Of a stretch of 64,000 nt of DNA, positions 10,129 to 19,064 are shown in pieces. The translations under genes were made by a program, and so were the position numbers. The notes below the pieces were generated by a model, which saw only the letters and a program-made list of their open reading frames with translations, made no database searches and had not been told where the DNA came from. The DNA is taken from assembly GCA_902598315.1 (NCBI GenBank), contig CACKBP010000005.1:32583-96582 (forward strand), given 5' to 3'. How positions within the stretch are numbered: position 1 is the first letter of the stretch; each line of letters opens with the position of its first letter. This stretch comes from an uncultured Pelagibacteraceae bacterium. Lineage in GTDB: Bacteria > Pseudomonadota > Alphaproteobacteria > Pelagibacterales > Pelagibacteraceae.

Positions 10129-10875
10129 ATGAGAGTGATAGCACTTCTTCCTGCAAGACTAAAATCAACAAGAATCAAAGAAAAACTTTTAAAAAAAATA
10201 CATGGGGTACCAATTATTTTGCATACAATTCTTAGGGCACAAGCTATAAAATCTTTAAGTAGAATCATAGTTTGTACTGATAGTAAAAAAATTTTAAACA
10301 TAACCAAGAGTTTTGCAGAAACATACGTTTCAAAAAAAAAACATAATAATGGCACTGAAAGAATTGCAGAAATTTCGAACAAACTCCAAGCCGGTCTAAT
10401 AGTTGATATTCATGCTGACGAAGCGACTTTAGAGCCCAAAAATGTCGCGAAACTAATAACTTTTCATAAAAAAAATAAAAAGTTTGATATCGTTGTTCCA
10501 CACAAGGTTTCAAAATATTCTGGTGGCAAAAATGTTGTAAAGATAATATCAGGTAAATACAATAAAGTGCTTTATTTCACTAGATCGGATGCTCCTTACG
10601 GCTTTAGAAAAAAAAATAATAAATTTTTACATCATCTAGACACAATATCTTTTAAACCTTCTGCATTAAAAAAATTTTCAAAATTAAAGAAAAGTAAATT
10701 AGAAATAATAGAGGGCATTGAATTAATGAGAGCTCTTGAAAATAATTTTAATATCGGGACATTTCCAATAAAAACAAAATCTTTTTCTGTAAATACACCT
10801 GGAGACTTAAAATTGGCAAAAAAAATGATTAAACCTAAAGTGTATTTTAGAAGAATTAATGAAAAAAAAAAATAA
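10129..10875 (+). CDS. kdsB: 3-deoxy-manno-octulosonate cytidylyltransferase (KdsB)-like CMP-ulosonate synthetase
   Basis: PARLKSTR...K, GTERIAE, NVVK, LYFTRS..P, LE..EGIELMRALE, SVNTPGDL. Confidence 0.8.
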   Translation: MRVIALLPARLKSTRIKEKLLKKIHGVPIILHTILRAQAIKSLSRIIVCTDSKKILNITKSFAETYVSKKKHNNGTERIAEISNKLQAGLIVDIHADEATLEPKNVAKLITFHKKNKKFDIVVPHKVSKYSGGKNVVKIISGKYNKVLYFTRSDAPYGFRKKNNKFLHHLDTISFKPSALKKFSKLKKSKLEIIEGIELMRALENNFNIGTFPIKTKSFSVNTPGDLKLAKKMIKPKVYFRRINEKKK

Positions 10876-11485
10876 GAAAGTAATAATTTTTGATCTAGAC
10901 GGAGTTTTAATAAATTCAAAAAAGAATATGGAAATTTCTTGGAATAAAACAAGAATAAAATTTAATCTTAAATATAACTTCAATACATATTTTAAAGAAA
11001 TTGGTAAACCTTTTAAAGATATTCTTGTAAAAATTGGAGTAAAAGAAAAATTTAAAGAAATAGAAAAAAATTTTAGATTAGAGTCAAAAAAAAATTTCAA
11101 TAAAATTAAACTATATAAGAATGTTATAAAAACTTTAAATTTTTTGAGATTAAAAAAAAAAATTACTGTTGGGGTTTTCACCTCAAAAGATAAATTAAGA
11201 ACGTTAATATTTTTGCGTAAACTAAAAATTAAAGTAGATTTTGTTCAATGTCCTCAAACTGGATATAAAGGTAAACCATATCCAGATTTACTCAATAAAA
11301 TAATAAAAGAGAGAGGACTTGAAAGAAAAAATTGCACGTATGTTGGTGATACCAAAATAGATTTAATGTCAGCAAAAAAAGCAAAGATTAATTTTATTCT
11401 TGCTAAATATGGCTACAAAATAGGAATAAAAAATTATAGACATTCAATAAATTCGATTACAGAAATAAAAAACTTAATTTCATGA
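10859..11485 (+). CDS. HAD-superfamily phosphatase (subfamily IA)
   Basis: FDLDGVL, FTSK, KPYPD, YVGDTKID. Confidence 0.88.
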   Translation: MKKKNKKVIIFDLDGVLINSKKNMEISWNKTRIKFNLKYNFNTYFKEIGKPFKDILVKIGVKEKFKEIEKNFRLESKKNFNKIKLYKNVIKTLNFLRLKKKITVGVFTSKDKLRTLIFLRKLKIKVDFVQCPQTGYKGKPYPDLLNKIIKERGLERKNCTYVGDTKIDLMSAKKAKINFILAKYGYKIGIKNYRHSINSITEIKNLIS

Positions 11486-12930
11486 AAGAAGATCAATTGT
11501 TAAAAACAATAAAAATTATTTCAAATAATATTTACCGAAATGACACAGATGTATCAATCGCCGCTAATGAATTGCTTAATCAGTTTAAAGGCAATCCTAT
11601 GTATATTAAAAGGTTTAAGTTAAGTAGACAAAAGTATTTTTATAATCTTTTTTTATATTTAGGTAAATTTATTTATCTTGTTTTATTAAATATTCTATTT
11701 TCAATTTATTCAACATTGTTTAAAAAAAAAATATATCAATCAACTGAAATAGATTTAATTATGATCTCACAAATAATTTCAGTAAGTCAAAATGAAAACA
11801 AAGATATCTACTTTGGAAGTATTTCAAAAATTTTAAAAAAAAAAAAATTCAGACTTAAAAAAATTTATATTAACAATTTAGGATTAAGTTTCATTAATAG
11901 AAAATTCCACAATCTTCATTCACCTAATAATATTATAATAAATACTAATATTTACTTTTTACAATTATTTAAAATTTATTTTTCCTTATTAAAAAAATAT
12001 TTCAAATATTTATTTTTAAGTTTTAAGATTGAAAACAAAGAAAAAAATCAAATATTAAAAATTATTTCTTTAGAGTTTTTAAATCCTAAAACTCTCAATA
12101 ATTTGATTATTGAAAGGAAAGTTTTTAAATTTATTAGTGAGAACAATGTTAAGAATTTAGCTTTGACATTTGAAGGTTTCTCATGGGAAAAAATGGTTTT
12201 ATATGCTGCAAAACAAGCAAGTCCAAAAACAAATGTAATTGGTTATCAATTCGCATGTCTTACGAAAAATCAAATATTGCATTCAAAATCTATGAGTAGA
12301 TCTTACAAACCAGATGTCATTTGGACTAATGGTTTATTAAATAAAAAAAAACTACAAAAGAAATTTGAAAATGTCACCGTGATAGGAACAGATCGAATTA
12401 ATGGAAAAGTTAATAAAAATCAAAAATCAAAAAATAATATTTTAGTAATGCCAGAAGGTATAATTGAAGAAATAGATTTAATGATGAAATTTTCACTTAG
12501 TTGTGCAAACAAATACCCAAATCTAAAATTTATTTGGAGATTCCACCCATCAATTTCAAAAAATTATATTAGAAAAAATTTTATGAATGAAATTATTCCT
12601 AGAAATATTATAATTTCAAATAAAAAACTTTTTGAAGATATCTCTACCTGTTCATCTTTTTTTTATAGAGGAAGCACGACAGCAGTTGTTGCTCTACAAC
12701 ATGGATTGTTTCCTTTTTATTTGAACTTAAAAAAATCGATAAATATTGATCCATTATATGATTTTAATTCTTGGAAAATGGTCGTGAATTCAATATCTGA
12801 TTTTAAAAATTTTAATTACAATCTAAATAGGTTTTTAAGTCAAAAAAAAAGAAAAAAAGATGCAATAAATTTTTCAAAAAAGTATTTTATTAAGCTTAAT
12901 CCAAAAAAAATAATTAAATCTCTAATTTAA
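11482..12930 (+). CDS. Hypothetical protein, probable GT-B fold glycan transferase
   Basis: 482 aa; TFEGFSWEK, GYQF, PDVIWTNG, MPEG, WRFHPS, YRGSTT motifs. Confidence 0.5.
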   Translation: MKEDQLLKTIKIISNNIYRNDTDVSIAANELLNQFKGNPMYIKRFKLSRQKYFYNLFLYLGKFIYLVLLNILFSIYSTLFKKKIYQSTEIDLIMISQIISVSQNENKDIYFGSISKILKKKKFRLKKIYINNLGLSFINRKFHNLHSPNNIIINTNIYFLQLFKIYFSLLKKYFKYLFLSFKIENKEKNQILKIISLEFLNPKTLNNLIIERKVFKFISENNVKNLALTFEGFSWEKMVLYAAKQASPKTNVIGYQFACLTKNQILHSKSMSRSYKPDVIWTNGLLNKKKLQKKFENVTVIGTDRINGKVNKNQKSKNNILVMPEGIIEEIDLMMKFSLSCANKYPNLKFIWRFHPSISKNYIRKNFMNEIIPRNIIISNKKLFEDISTCSSFFYRGSTTAVVALQHGLFPFYLNLKKSINIDPLYDFNSWKMVVNSISDFKNFNYNLNRFLSQKKRKKDAINFSKKYFIKLNPKKIIKSLI

Positions 12931-13701
12931 ATGATTCTTCATAAACTAAAAAAGTTGTATTATTTTATTCGGTCTCACATAAAAAAAAATGACTTGGAAT
13001 ATTTAAATTATCAAGAAAAAATGTTTTCAAAAAATAATTTAGATAGAAAAAAAGGTATAGAAATTTTTAAAAAGATAAGATCTGATTTTGAGATTCCCTA
13101 TTCGAGCATGGATTCAGAGCATCAAGTAATTTTTTCCTCAATCTCCCAAAAAAAGGAAAGTATCAATAAAATTTTAGAGATAGGAACTTACGATGGAAAA
13201 AATGCATTTTTGTTATCAAAACTATTTCCACAATCTGAAATTACGACAATTGATCTACCAGAAGAGGATGAAAAATTTAAAAATTATTACGATAGAGGAG
13301 ATAAGATAAAATTTTCAAATTTCATAGAAAAAAGAAATTCGTTTATTGATCAATCTAGTAATGTAAATTTCAAGAAAATCAATTCGCTTAATTTAATTTT
13401 TGAGGAGAATAAGTTTGATTTAATTTGGATAGATGGAGCTCATGGTTTTCCTTTTGCAACTAGTGATATATTGAATTCTTTAAGACTTTGTCAAAAAGAC
13501 GGTTGGATTATTTGTGATGATATTTATACAAGTAGAATAAAAAAACCAGATGAAATGTATAATTCAAATACATCAATAGACACATTAAAACATTTGCATA
13601 ACGCAAAAATCATTTCTTATGATTTATTCTTAAAGAGGATTGAAAAAATTTTTAATTATTTTCCCTCGGAACAAAAATTTATAGCAATAATAAAAAAATA
13701 A
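12931..13701 (+). CDS. Class I SAM-dependent methyltransferase (Methyltransf_24-like)
   Basis: ILEIGTYDG, TTIDLP, FDLIWIDGAH, IICDD. Confidence 0.85.
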   Translation: MILHKLKKLYYFIRSHIKKNDLEYLNYQEKMFSKNNLDRKKGIEIFKKIRSDFEIPYSSMDSEHQVIFSSISQKKESINKILEIGTYDGKNAFLLSKLFPQSEITTIDLPEEDEKFKNYYDRGDKIKFSNFIEKRNSFIDQSSNVNFKKINSLNLIFEENKFDLIWIDGAHGFPFATSDILNSLRLCQKDGWIICDDIYTSRIKKPDEMYNSNTSIDTLKHLHNAKIISYDLFLKRIEKIFNYFPSEQKFIAIIKK

Positions 13702-13706
13702 ATTTT

Positions 13707-14882
13707 ATGCCTAAATTTCATTTATCTATTCCAGATTACAATTTAAAAGAAATAACTGCAGTTACAAAAGCAATAAAATCTGGATGGATTTCTACAGCTG
13801 GTCCTGATGTAATAAAGTTTGAGAAATTTATTTGTAAAAAAGTTAATGCAAAATATTCAGTTGCATTAAATAGTGGAACTTCAGCAATTCATTTAGCGTT
13901 AAGTGTTGCAGGTGTAAAGAGAGGTGATGAAGTATTGGTCCAGTCATTAACCTACGTAGCTTCAATTAATCCAATTTTATATTTAGGAGCAAATCCAATT
14001 TTTTTTGACGTGGATAATAATTTTCATTTAAAAATTGATGATATTTATGAATTTTTAAAAACTCAAACAGTTTTTAAAAATAAAAAGTGCATTAATAAAA
14101 AAACAAAAAAAATTATAAAAGCTTTGCTAGTCACCCATCTATGGGGGAATGTTCAAAACATACAAAAATTAAGAAATATTTGTAAAGTTAGAAATATAAC
14201 AATAATCGAAGATGCAGCAGAATCTTTGGGATCAAAAATTAAGGTTGGAAAAAAAATCATAAACTGTGGTTGTCAAGGAAATTTAGGGTGTTATTCATTT
14301 AATGGTAACAAAATTATCACTACCGGAAGTGGCGGTGCTGTAGTCACAAAAAATAAATCATTTTTCAAAAATATTAATTATTTGGCTAATCAATCAAAAG
14401 ATGACGCTTTTCATGACATTCACAAAAAAATGGGTTTTAACTATAAGTTAAATAATCTTTTATCTTGTTTAGGTATAATTCAATTAAAAAAATTAGATAA
14501 TTTTATTATGAGAAAAAAAAAAATTCATGATCATTATAAAAAAGAATTTAAGAATATGGATAATTTAAAACTTTTAATGCCTCTTCCTAATACTTTAAGC
14601 AATTATTGGTTTAATGTAGTTACATTTAAAAATTTAGATAATATATCTTTCAAAAAATTGAAATTAATGTGTAAAGAGAATGGGATTGAAATCAGACAAG
14701 TATGGAAACCTGCACATACACAGGACTATTTAAAGAAGTTTCAACAATTTAAAATTTATAACTCAGAAAAATTATATAAAAAATCTGTATGTTTACCCTC
14801 AAGTTTGCGGTTAAGTAAAAAAAATTTAAAATTCGTATCAAGAAAAATTAAAAATTTTTGTCAAATTAATATAAAAACTTAA
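13707..14882 (+). CDS. DegT-family aminotransferase, LegC-like
   Basis: SGWISTAG, NSGTSAIH, EDAAESLGS, SFNGNKIITTGSGG. Confidence 0.88.
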   Translation: MPKFHLSIPDYNLKEITAVTKAIKSGWISTAGPDVIKFEKFICKKVNAKYSVALNSGTSAIHLALSVAGVKRGDEVLVQSLTYVASINPILYLGANPIFFDVDNNFHLKIDDIYEFLKTQTVFKNKKCINKKTKKIIKALLVTHLWGNVQNIQKLRNICKVRNITIIEDAAESLGSKIKVGKKIINCGCQGNLGCYSFNGNKIITTGSGGAVVTKNKSFFKNINYLANQSKDDAFHDIHKKMGFNYKLNNLLSCLGIIQLKKLDNFIMRKKKIHDHYKKEFKNMDNLKLLMPLPNTLSNYWFNVVTFKNLDNISFKKLKLMCKENGIEIRQVWKPAHTQDYLKKFQQFKIYNSEKLYKKSVCLPSSLRLSKKNLKFVSRKIKNFCQINIKT

Positions 14883-14887
14883 AAAGT

Positions 14888-14916
14888 TTTACTTTTATTA
14901 AAAAAAAATATAAGAT
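14888..14916 (+). promoter_or_regulatory. Candidate sigma70 promoter for gmhA-GT2-galE
   Basis: TTTACT-17bp-TAAGAT in the largest intergenic gap of the island; the AT-rich background weakens this. Confidence 0.3.
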
Positions 14917-14927
14917 CTTTATAATCA

Positions 14928-15494
14928 ATGAGTGATAAAATTTTTTTGTCAGATTATTTTAATACTTTAAAAAAATTGATTAATTTTGAAAAACAAACTG
15001 ATCAATTAGTTAACGTAAAGAAAATTATTTTAGAAGCTAAAAAAAATAAAGCGAAAACTATGATTTTTGGTAATGGAGGTAGTGCTGCAATTGCTAGTCA
15101 CTTTAGCGTAGATTTAACAAAAAATGCTGGAGTGAGATGTGTGAATTTTAATGAATCTGATTTGCTTACATGTTTTTCAAATGATTTTGGTTACGCGAGA
15201 TGGGTAGAGAAAGCTATTGAATATTATGGAGACAAAAATGATATATTAATTTTAATTTCTGCAGGTGGAGAGTCAAAAAATATGATCAATGGAGTCACCG
15301 CAGCAAAAAAAATTGGTATTAAGAAAATTATTACCTTTACGGGTAATAATAAAGATAATTCATTATCACGATTAGGCGACATTAATTTTTGGGTAGATAG
15401 TAAAGCCTACAATCATATAGAAAATGTGCATCAAATATTATTACTCTCATTAGTTGATCTAATTATTGGAAAGAGTGAATATCTTCCCAATTAA
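14928..15494 (+). CDS. gmhA: SIS-domain phosphoheptose isomerase (GmhA-like)
   Basis: FGNGGSAAIASH, SNDFGY, ISAGGESKN, IENVHQ. Confidence 0.82.
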   Translation: MSDKIFLSDYFNTLKKLINFEKQTDQLVNVKKIILEAKKNKAKTMIFGNGGSAAIASHFSVDLTKNAGVRCVNFNESDLLTCFSNDFGYARWVEKAIEYYGDKNDILILISAGGESKNMINGVTAAKKIGIKKIITFTGNNKDNSLSRLGDINFWVDSKAYNHIENVHQILLLSLVDLIIGKSEYLPN

Positions 15495-15521
15495 AAATAT
15501 AAATTAACATTAATCAGAAAC

Positions 15522-16427
15522 ATGGTTAGCGATAACAAAAACCCTTTAGTTTCAATTTTATTAAATTGCTATAATTCGTCTCTATATATATCCAGGGCTA
15601 TCAAAAGTGTATTAAATCAATCTTATAAAAATTGGGAATTAATTATTTGGGACGATGGATCTTCAGATAATAGCTTGGAAATAATAAAAAAATTTGAAGA
15701 TAAAAGAATCAAATTATATTCTCAGAAAAAAAATTCTGGATTAGGCAAAAGCAGAATAAGTGCTAAAGAAAAAATAAATGGAACTTTGGTCTCAATAATT
15801 GACTCAGATGATTACTTTGACTCCCATAAAATATCAAAACAGGTAGCAGTTTTTAATGAAAACAATAATATTTCATTATGTGCAACTTGGGCAAAATTTT
15901 ATGATAAAAATATGCAAGAGAAAAAACAATTTAATACTAAACTTGATAACATGAGTATAGTAAAAAGATTACAATTTATTAATATTCTTCCACACTCTTC
16001 TCTGATGTATAAAAAAAAATATGCTTTAGAGGTAGGTTGGTATTCCAATAAATATGAATACTCTCAAGATTATGATTTAAGCTTAAAACTATTAAACAAT
16101 AGCGAATTTTTTCTTATCAAGGAATTCCTAACACATATTGTCCAACCCGAAAATAGCATGTCTTTAAGCTCTAAGTACAAATTTATAAAAGTAGAAGAAA
16201 ATATTAAAATTCTTGAGGGTAATTTAAAAAAATCTAATTTAAATTCATTGGAAATTTCACTTTTGAAAGATGTAATTAAGATTAATAATATTAAAAAAAA
16301 TATATTAAGCTTAAGAAATAATTTTATAGACTCCTGTAAAAAATTATTAATAATTTTTATTAAGGATCCATTAATAATCTTTAAATTTAGGTTACTAAAA
16401 AAAATTTCTGAAATAAACAAAATATGA
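15522..16427 (+). CDS. Glycosyltransferase family 2
   Basis: PLVSILLNCYN, WDDGSSD, IDSDD, YSQDYDL. Confidence 0.9.
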   Translation: MVSDNKNPLVSILLNCYNSSLYISRAIKSVLNQSYKNWELIIWDDGSSDNSLEIIKKFEDKRIKLYSQKKNSGLGKSRISAKEKINGTLVSIIDSDDYFDSHKISKQVAVFNENNNISLCATWAKFYDKNMQEKKQFNTKLDNMSIVKRLQFINILPHSSLMYKKKYALEVGWYSNKYEYSQDYDLSLKLLNNSEFFLIKEFLTHIVQPENSMSLSSKYKFIKVEENIKILEGNLKKSNLNSLEISLLKDVIKINNIKKNILSLRNNFIDSCKKLLIIFIKDPLIIFKFRLLKKISEINKI

Positions 16428-17404
16428 ATGTCTTAATAACTGGCGGTGCTGGCTACATAGGAAGCCATGTGGCTTTAGAGTATTTAAAAGAAAATTGTAA
16501 AGTAACATTAATTGATAATCTTGAGTTAGGTAATAAAAACCTTGTACCTGACAGTGCAGAATTAGTAATTTGTGATATTTCTGATGAAAGAGAAATTACA
16601 AAATTAATAAAAGAGAAAAAATTTGATATAGCTATTCACCTTGCGGCATATACAAAAGTAGGAGAGTCAGTTAAAAATCCAGAAAAATATTTTAATAATA
16701 ATTATACAAAAGCCATAAAATTTTTTGACATATGTGTCAAAAATAATCTAAAAAAATTTATTTTTTCTTCTACTGGAGCAGTCTATGGTAATAGTAATAG
16801 TAAAAACTTTTTGGAAAGTGACACAAAAAATCCAATCAATCCTTATTCAGAAAGTAAACTAAAAACAGAGAATTATTTAAAAAGTCTTTCCAATAAAAAA
16901 GATGTTCAAGCTATTTCGTTAAGATATTTTAATGTAGCTGGATCAGATAGTCTTTTAAGATCAGGGCTAGTTACCAACCCTGATAATTTGATAAAAGCTA
17001 TTTGTGAATTTATTGTTGGAAAACGAGATGAGTTTATAGTAAATGGAAATAATTATAATACACCCGACGGCACTACTATAAGAGATTTTATTCATGTCGT
17101 AGATTTAGCAAATATACACTATATGGTTTCTAATAAATTACTTGAAAACAAAAATCATTTTTACGATGTGTATAATTGTGGTTATGGTGCAGGATACTCC
17201 GTGATGGAAATTTTAAAAAAATTTGAAGAAATTATTCAACATAAGATTAATTTTAAGATAGGCAAAAGAAGAGAGGGAGATGCAGAAATATCTGTTGCTA
17301 ACGTGACCAAGTTAAGTAAAGATTTTTTGTGGAAACCTAAATTCAATAACCTTAAAGTTATTTTGGAATCTTCACTAGCTTGGGAAAAAAAAATAAAACT
17401 TTAA
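16424..17404 (+). CDS. galE: UDP-glucose 4-epimerase
   Basis: TGGAGYIGSH, VGESV, FSSTGAVYG, NPYSESK, LRYFNVAG, DGTTIRDFIHVVDLA. Confidence 0.93.
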   Translation: MNVLITGGAGYIGSHVALEYLKENCKVTLIDNLELGNKNLVPDSAELVICDISDEREITKLIKEKKFDIAIHLAAYTKVGESVKNPEKYFNNNYTKAIKFFDICVKNNLKKFIFSSTGAVYGNSNSKNFLESDTKNPINPYSESKLKTENYLKSLSNKKDVQAISLRYFNVAGSDSLLRSGLVTNPDNLIKAICEFIVGKRDEFIVNGNNYNTPDGTTIRDFIHVVDLANIHYMVSNKLLENKNHFYDVYNCGYGAGYSVMEILKKFEEIIQHKINFKIGKRREGDAEISVANVTKLSKDFLWKPKFNNLKVILESSLAWEKKIKL

Positions 17405-17446
17405 TTTTATAAAAAATAGATTATAAATTTTTCCTTGAATATTTAG

Positions 17447-17521
17447 GGGCGTGTAGTTCAGTGGTAGAACGCTACGTTGACATCGTAGAGGTCATAAGTT
17501 CAATTCTTATCACGCCCACCA
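17447..17521 (+). tRNA. tRNA-Val (GAC)
   Basis: Cloverleaf: acceptor GGGCGTG/CACGCCC, anticodon arm CTACG-TTGACAT-CGTAG, TTCAA loop, encoded CCA. Confidence 0.96.
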
Positions 17522-17550
17522 AAGTCTTATTTTTAGCCAATAATCAAACC

Positions 17551-17579
17551 TTTACATTATAAAACTTAAATACTATAAA
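17551..17579 (+). promoter_or_regulatory. Candidate sigma70 promoter directly upstream of 5S rRNA
   Basis: TTTACA-17bp-TATAAA; predicted +1 near 17585-17586. Confidence 0.5.
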
Positions 17580-17584
17580 GCATT

Positions 17585-17700
17585 GCCTGGTGATTTTTGC
17601 GAAGGGGCCACACCCGATCCCATTCCGAACTCGGAAGTTAAGTCCTTCAGCGCCGATGGTACTTTGTCTTAAGATATGGGAGAGTAGGACGTTGCCAGGC
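17585..17700 (+). rRNA. rrf: 5S rRNA, unlinked from 16S/23S
   Basis: Terminal helix GCCTGG/CCAGGC; conserved CACCCGATCCCATTCCGAACTCGGAAGTTAAG, CGCCGATGGTACT, GGGAGAGTAGG. Confidence 0.97.
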
Positions 17701-17710
17701 TAAAAAATTT

Positions 17711-17836
17711 ATGAAAGTTGCTAGCTCATTAAAATCACTTAAAAAAAGAGATCTTAACTCTAAACTTGTTAAGCGAAGAGGCAAATTATATATAATCAAT
17801 AAAAAAAACCCTAGATTTAAAGCTCGTCAAGGTTAA
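17711..17836 (+). CDS. rpmJ: 50S ribosomal protein L36 (zinc-free type), absent from the ORF track
   Basis: Hand translation [41 protein letters not shown]. Confidence 0.96.
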   Translation: MKVASSLKSLKKRDLNSKLVKRRGKLYIINKKNPRFKARQG

Positions 17837-17838
17837 TA

Positions 17839-17949
17839 ATGAGTGAGAATGATTTCAAAAAAACTTATTCTGGTTTTACCAAATTTGTCTTATGGGGAAC
17901 GTTAGCAGTTATAGCCATTCTAGTGATTTTAGCATTAACGCTCTTATAA
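17839..17949 (+). CDS. aa3-type cytochrome c oxidase subunit IV (small single-TM protein), absent from the ORF track
   Basis: MSENDFKKTYSGFTKFVLWGTLAVIAILVILALTLL*; TYxGF..W pattern plus TM helix; usual alphaproteobacterial position before pntA. Confidence 0.8.
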   Translation: MSENDFKKTYSGFTKFVLWGTLAVIAILVILALTLL

Positions 17950-17967
17950 ATAATAGCGAACTTTAAG

Positions 17968-19062
17968 ATGATCGTAGGCTCAACAAAAGAAGATTTAACT
18001 TTAGAAAAAAGAGTTTCCTTAACACCAGAAACTGCAAAAAATTTAATCAATCTTGGATTAAAGATTTGTTTAGAAAAAAATTATGCAAACCATATTGGTA
18101 TTGATGATAAAGAATTTGAAAAAGTTGGAGTTGTAATAGAGAATTCATCCAACGAAGTATTAAATACCTGTAATTTATTAATAAAAGTTAATTGTCCATC
18201 AGATAATGAAATTAATTATATAAAAGAAAATACTATTTTAATAGGAATGCTTAATCCCAGCAAAAATAATGATAAAATACAAAAATTAATTCGAAAAAAA
18301 GTAAGTCCTTTCACGTTAGAGCTTTTACCTCGTATTACAAGAGCACAGTCAATGGACGTACTATCATCACAGTCAAATCTAGCTGGTTACAGATCAGTAA
18401 TTGACTCAATTTTTGAATTCGAAAAGGCAGTTCCTATGATGATGACAGCGGCCGGTACCGTTCCAGCTGCTAAAGTTTTGGTTATTGGAGCTGGTGTTGC
18501 TGGCTTACAAGCAATAGCAACAGCTAAAAGATTAGGGGCGATTGTATCAGCTACCGATGTAAGAGCTGCTTCAAAAGAACAGGTTGAGAGTCTTGGTGGC
18601 AAGTTTTTAATGGTAGACGCAAATGAAGACATGGAAACTTCAGGTGGATATGCAAAAGAAACATCGGAAGATTATAAAAAAAAACAAGCACAGATGATGA
18701 GAGAGGCTTTAAAAAAAAATGATATCGTTATTTGTACCGCGCTTATACCCGGAAAGCCAGCACCAAAAATTTTGACCGAAGATTTAGTAAAACTGATGAG
18801 ACCAGGATCTATTATTTATGATTTAGCTGCCGAGCAAGGCGGCAATTCCGCTTTTTCAGAGCCCGGGAAAATTAATTTAATTGACGGTATAAAAGTAATA
18901 GGTGTAAAAAGTTTAATGAATAGTTTACCTCTTACTGCTTCAAGCCTGTATGCTAAAAACTTATTTAGTTTTGTAAGAAATTTATATAGTAGAGAGAAGA
19001 AAGTTTTTAATATTAATTTAGAGGATGAAATAATAGAAAAATCTCTAGTAAAAAAAGATTAG
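17968..19062 (+). CDS. pntA: NAD(P) transhydrogenase alpha subunit, part 1
   Basis: EKRVSLTP, PRITRAQSMDVLSSQ, GAGVAGLQA, TALIPGKPAP. Confidence 0.96.
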   Translation: MIVGSTKEDLTLEKRVSLTPETAKNLINLGLKICLEKNYANHIGIDDKEFEKVGVVIENSSNEVLNTCNLLIKVNCPSDNEINYIKENTILIGMLNPSKNNDKIQKLIRKKVSPFTLELLPRITRAQSMDVLSSQSNLAGYRSVIDSIFEFEKAVPMMMTAAGTVPAAKVLVIGAGVAGLQAIATAKRLGAIVSATDVRAASKEQVESLGGKFLMVDANEDMETSGGYAKETSEDYKKKQAQMMREALKKNDIVICTALIPGKPAPKILTEDLVKLMRPGSIIYDLAAEQGGNSAFSEPGKINLIDGIKVIGVKSLMNSLPLTASSLYAKNLFSFVRNLYSREKKVFNINLEDEIIEKSLVKKD

Positions 19063-19064
19063 TT

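Larger units (their letters stand above)
1..17404 (+). other. Surface polysaccharide/O-chain biosynthesis island (SAR11 HVR2-like), right-hand portion
   Basis: 18 co-oriented, tightly packed sugar-pathway genes, visibly more AT-rich than the core, ending at tRNA-Val and a lone 5S rRNA. Confidence 0.85.

Noticed and set aside
11835-11847. Long poly-A tract as a phase-variation switch in an island gene
   Set aside because: The frame is intact and similar A runs occur in core genes such as tilS; expected for Lys-rich AT-rich DNA
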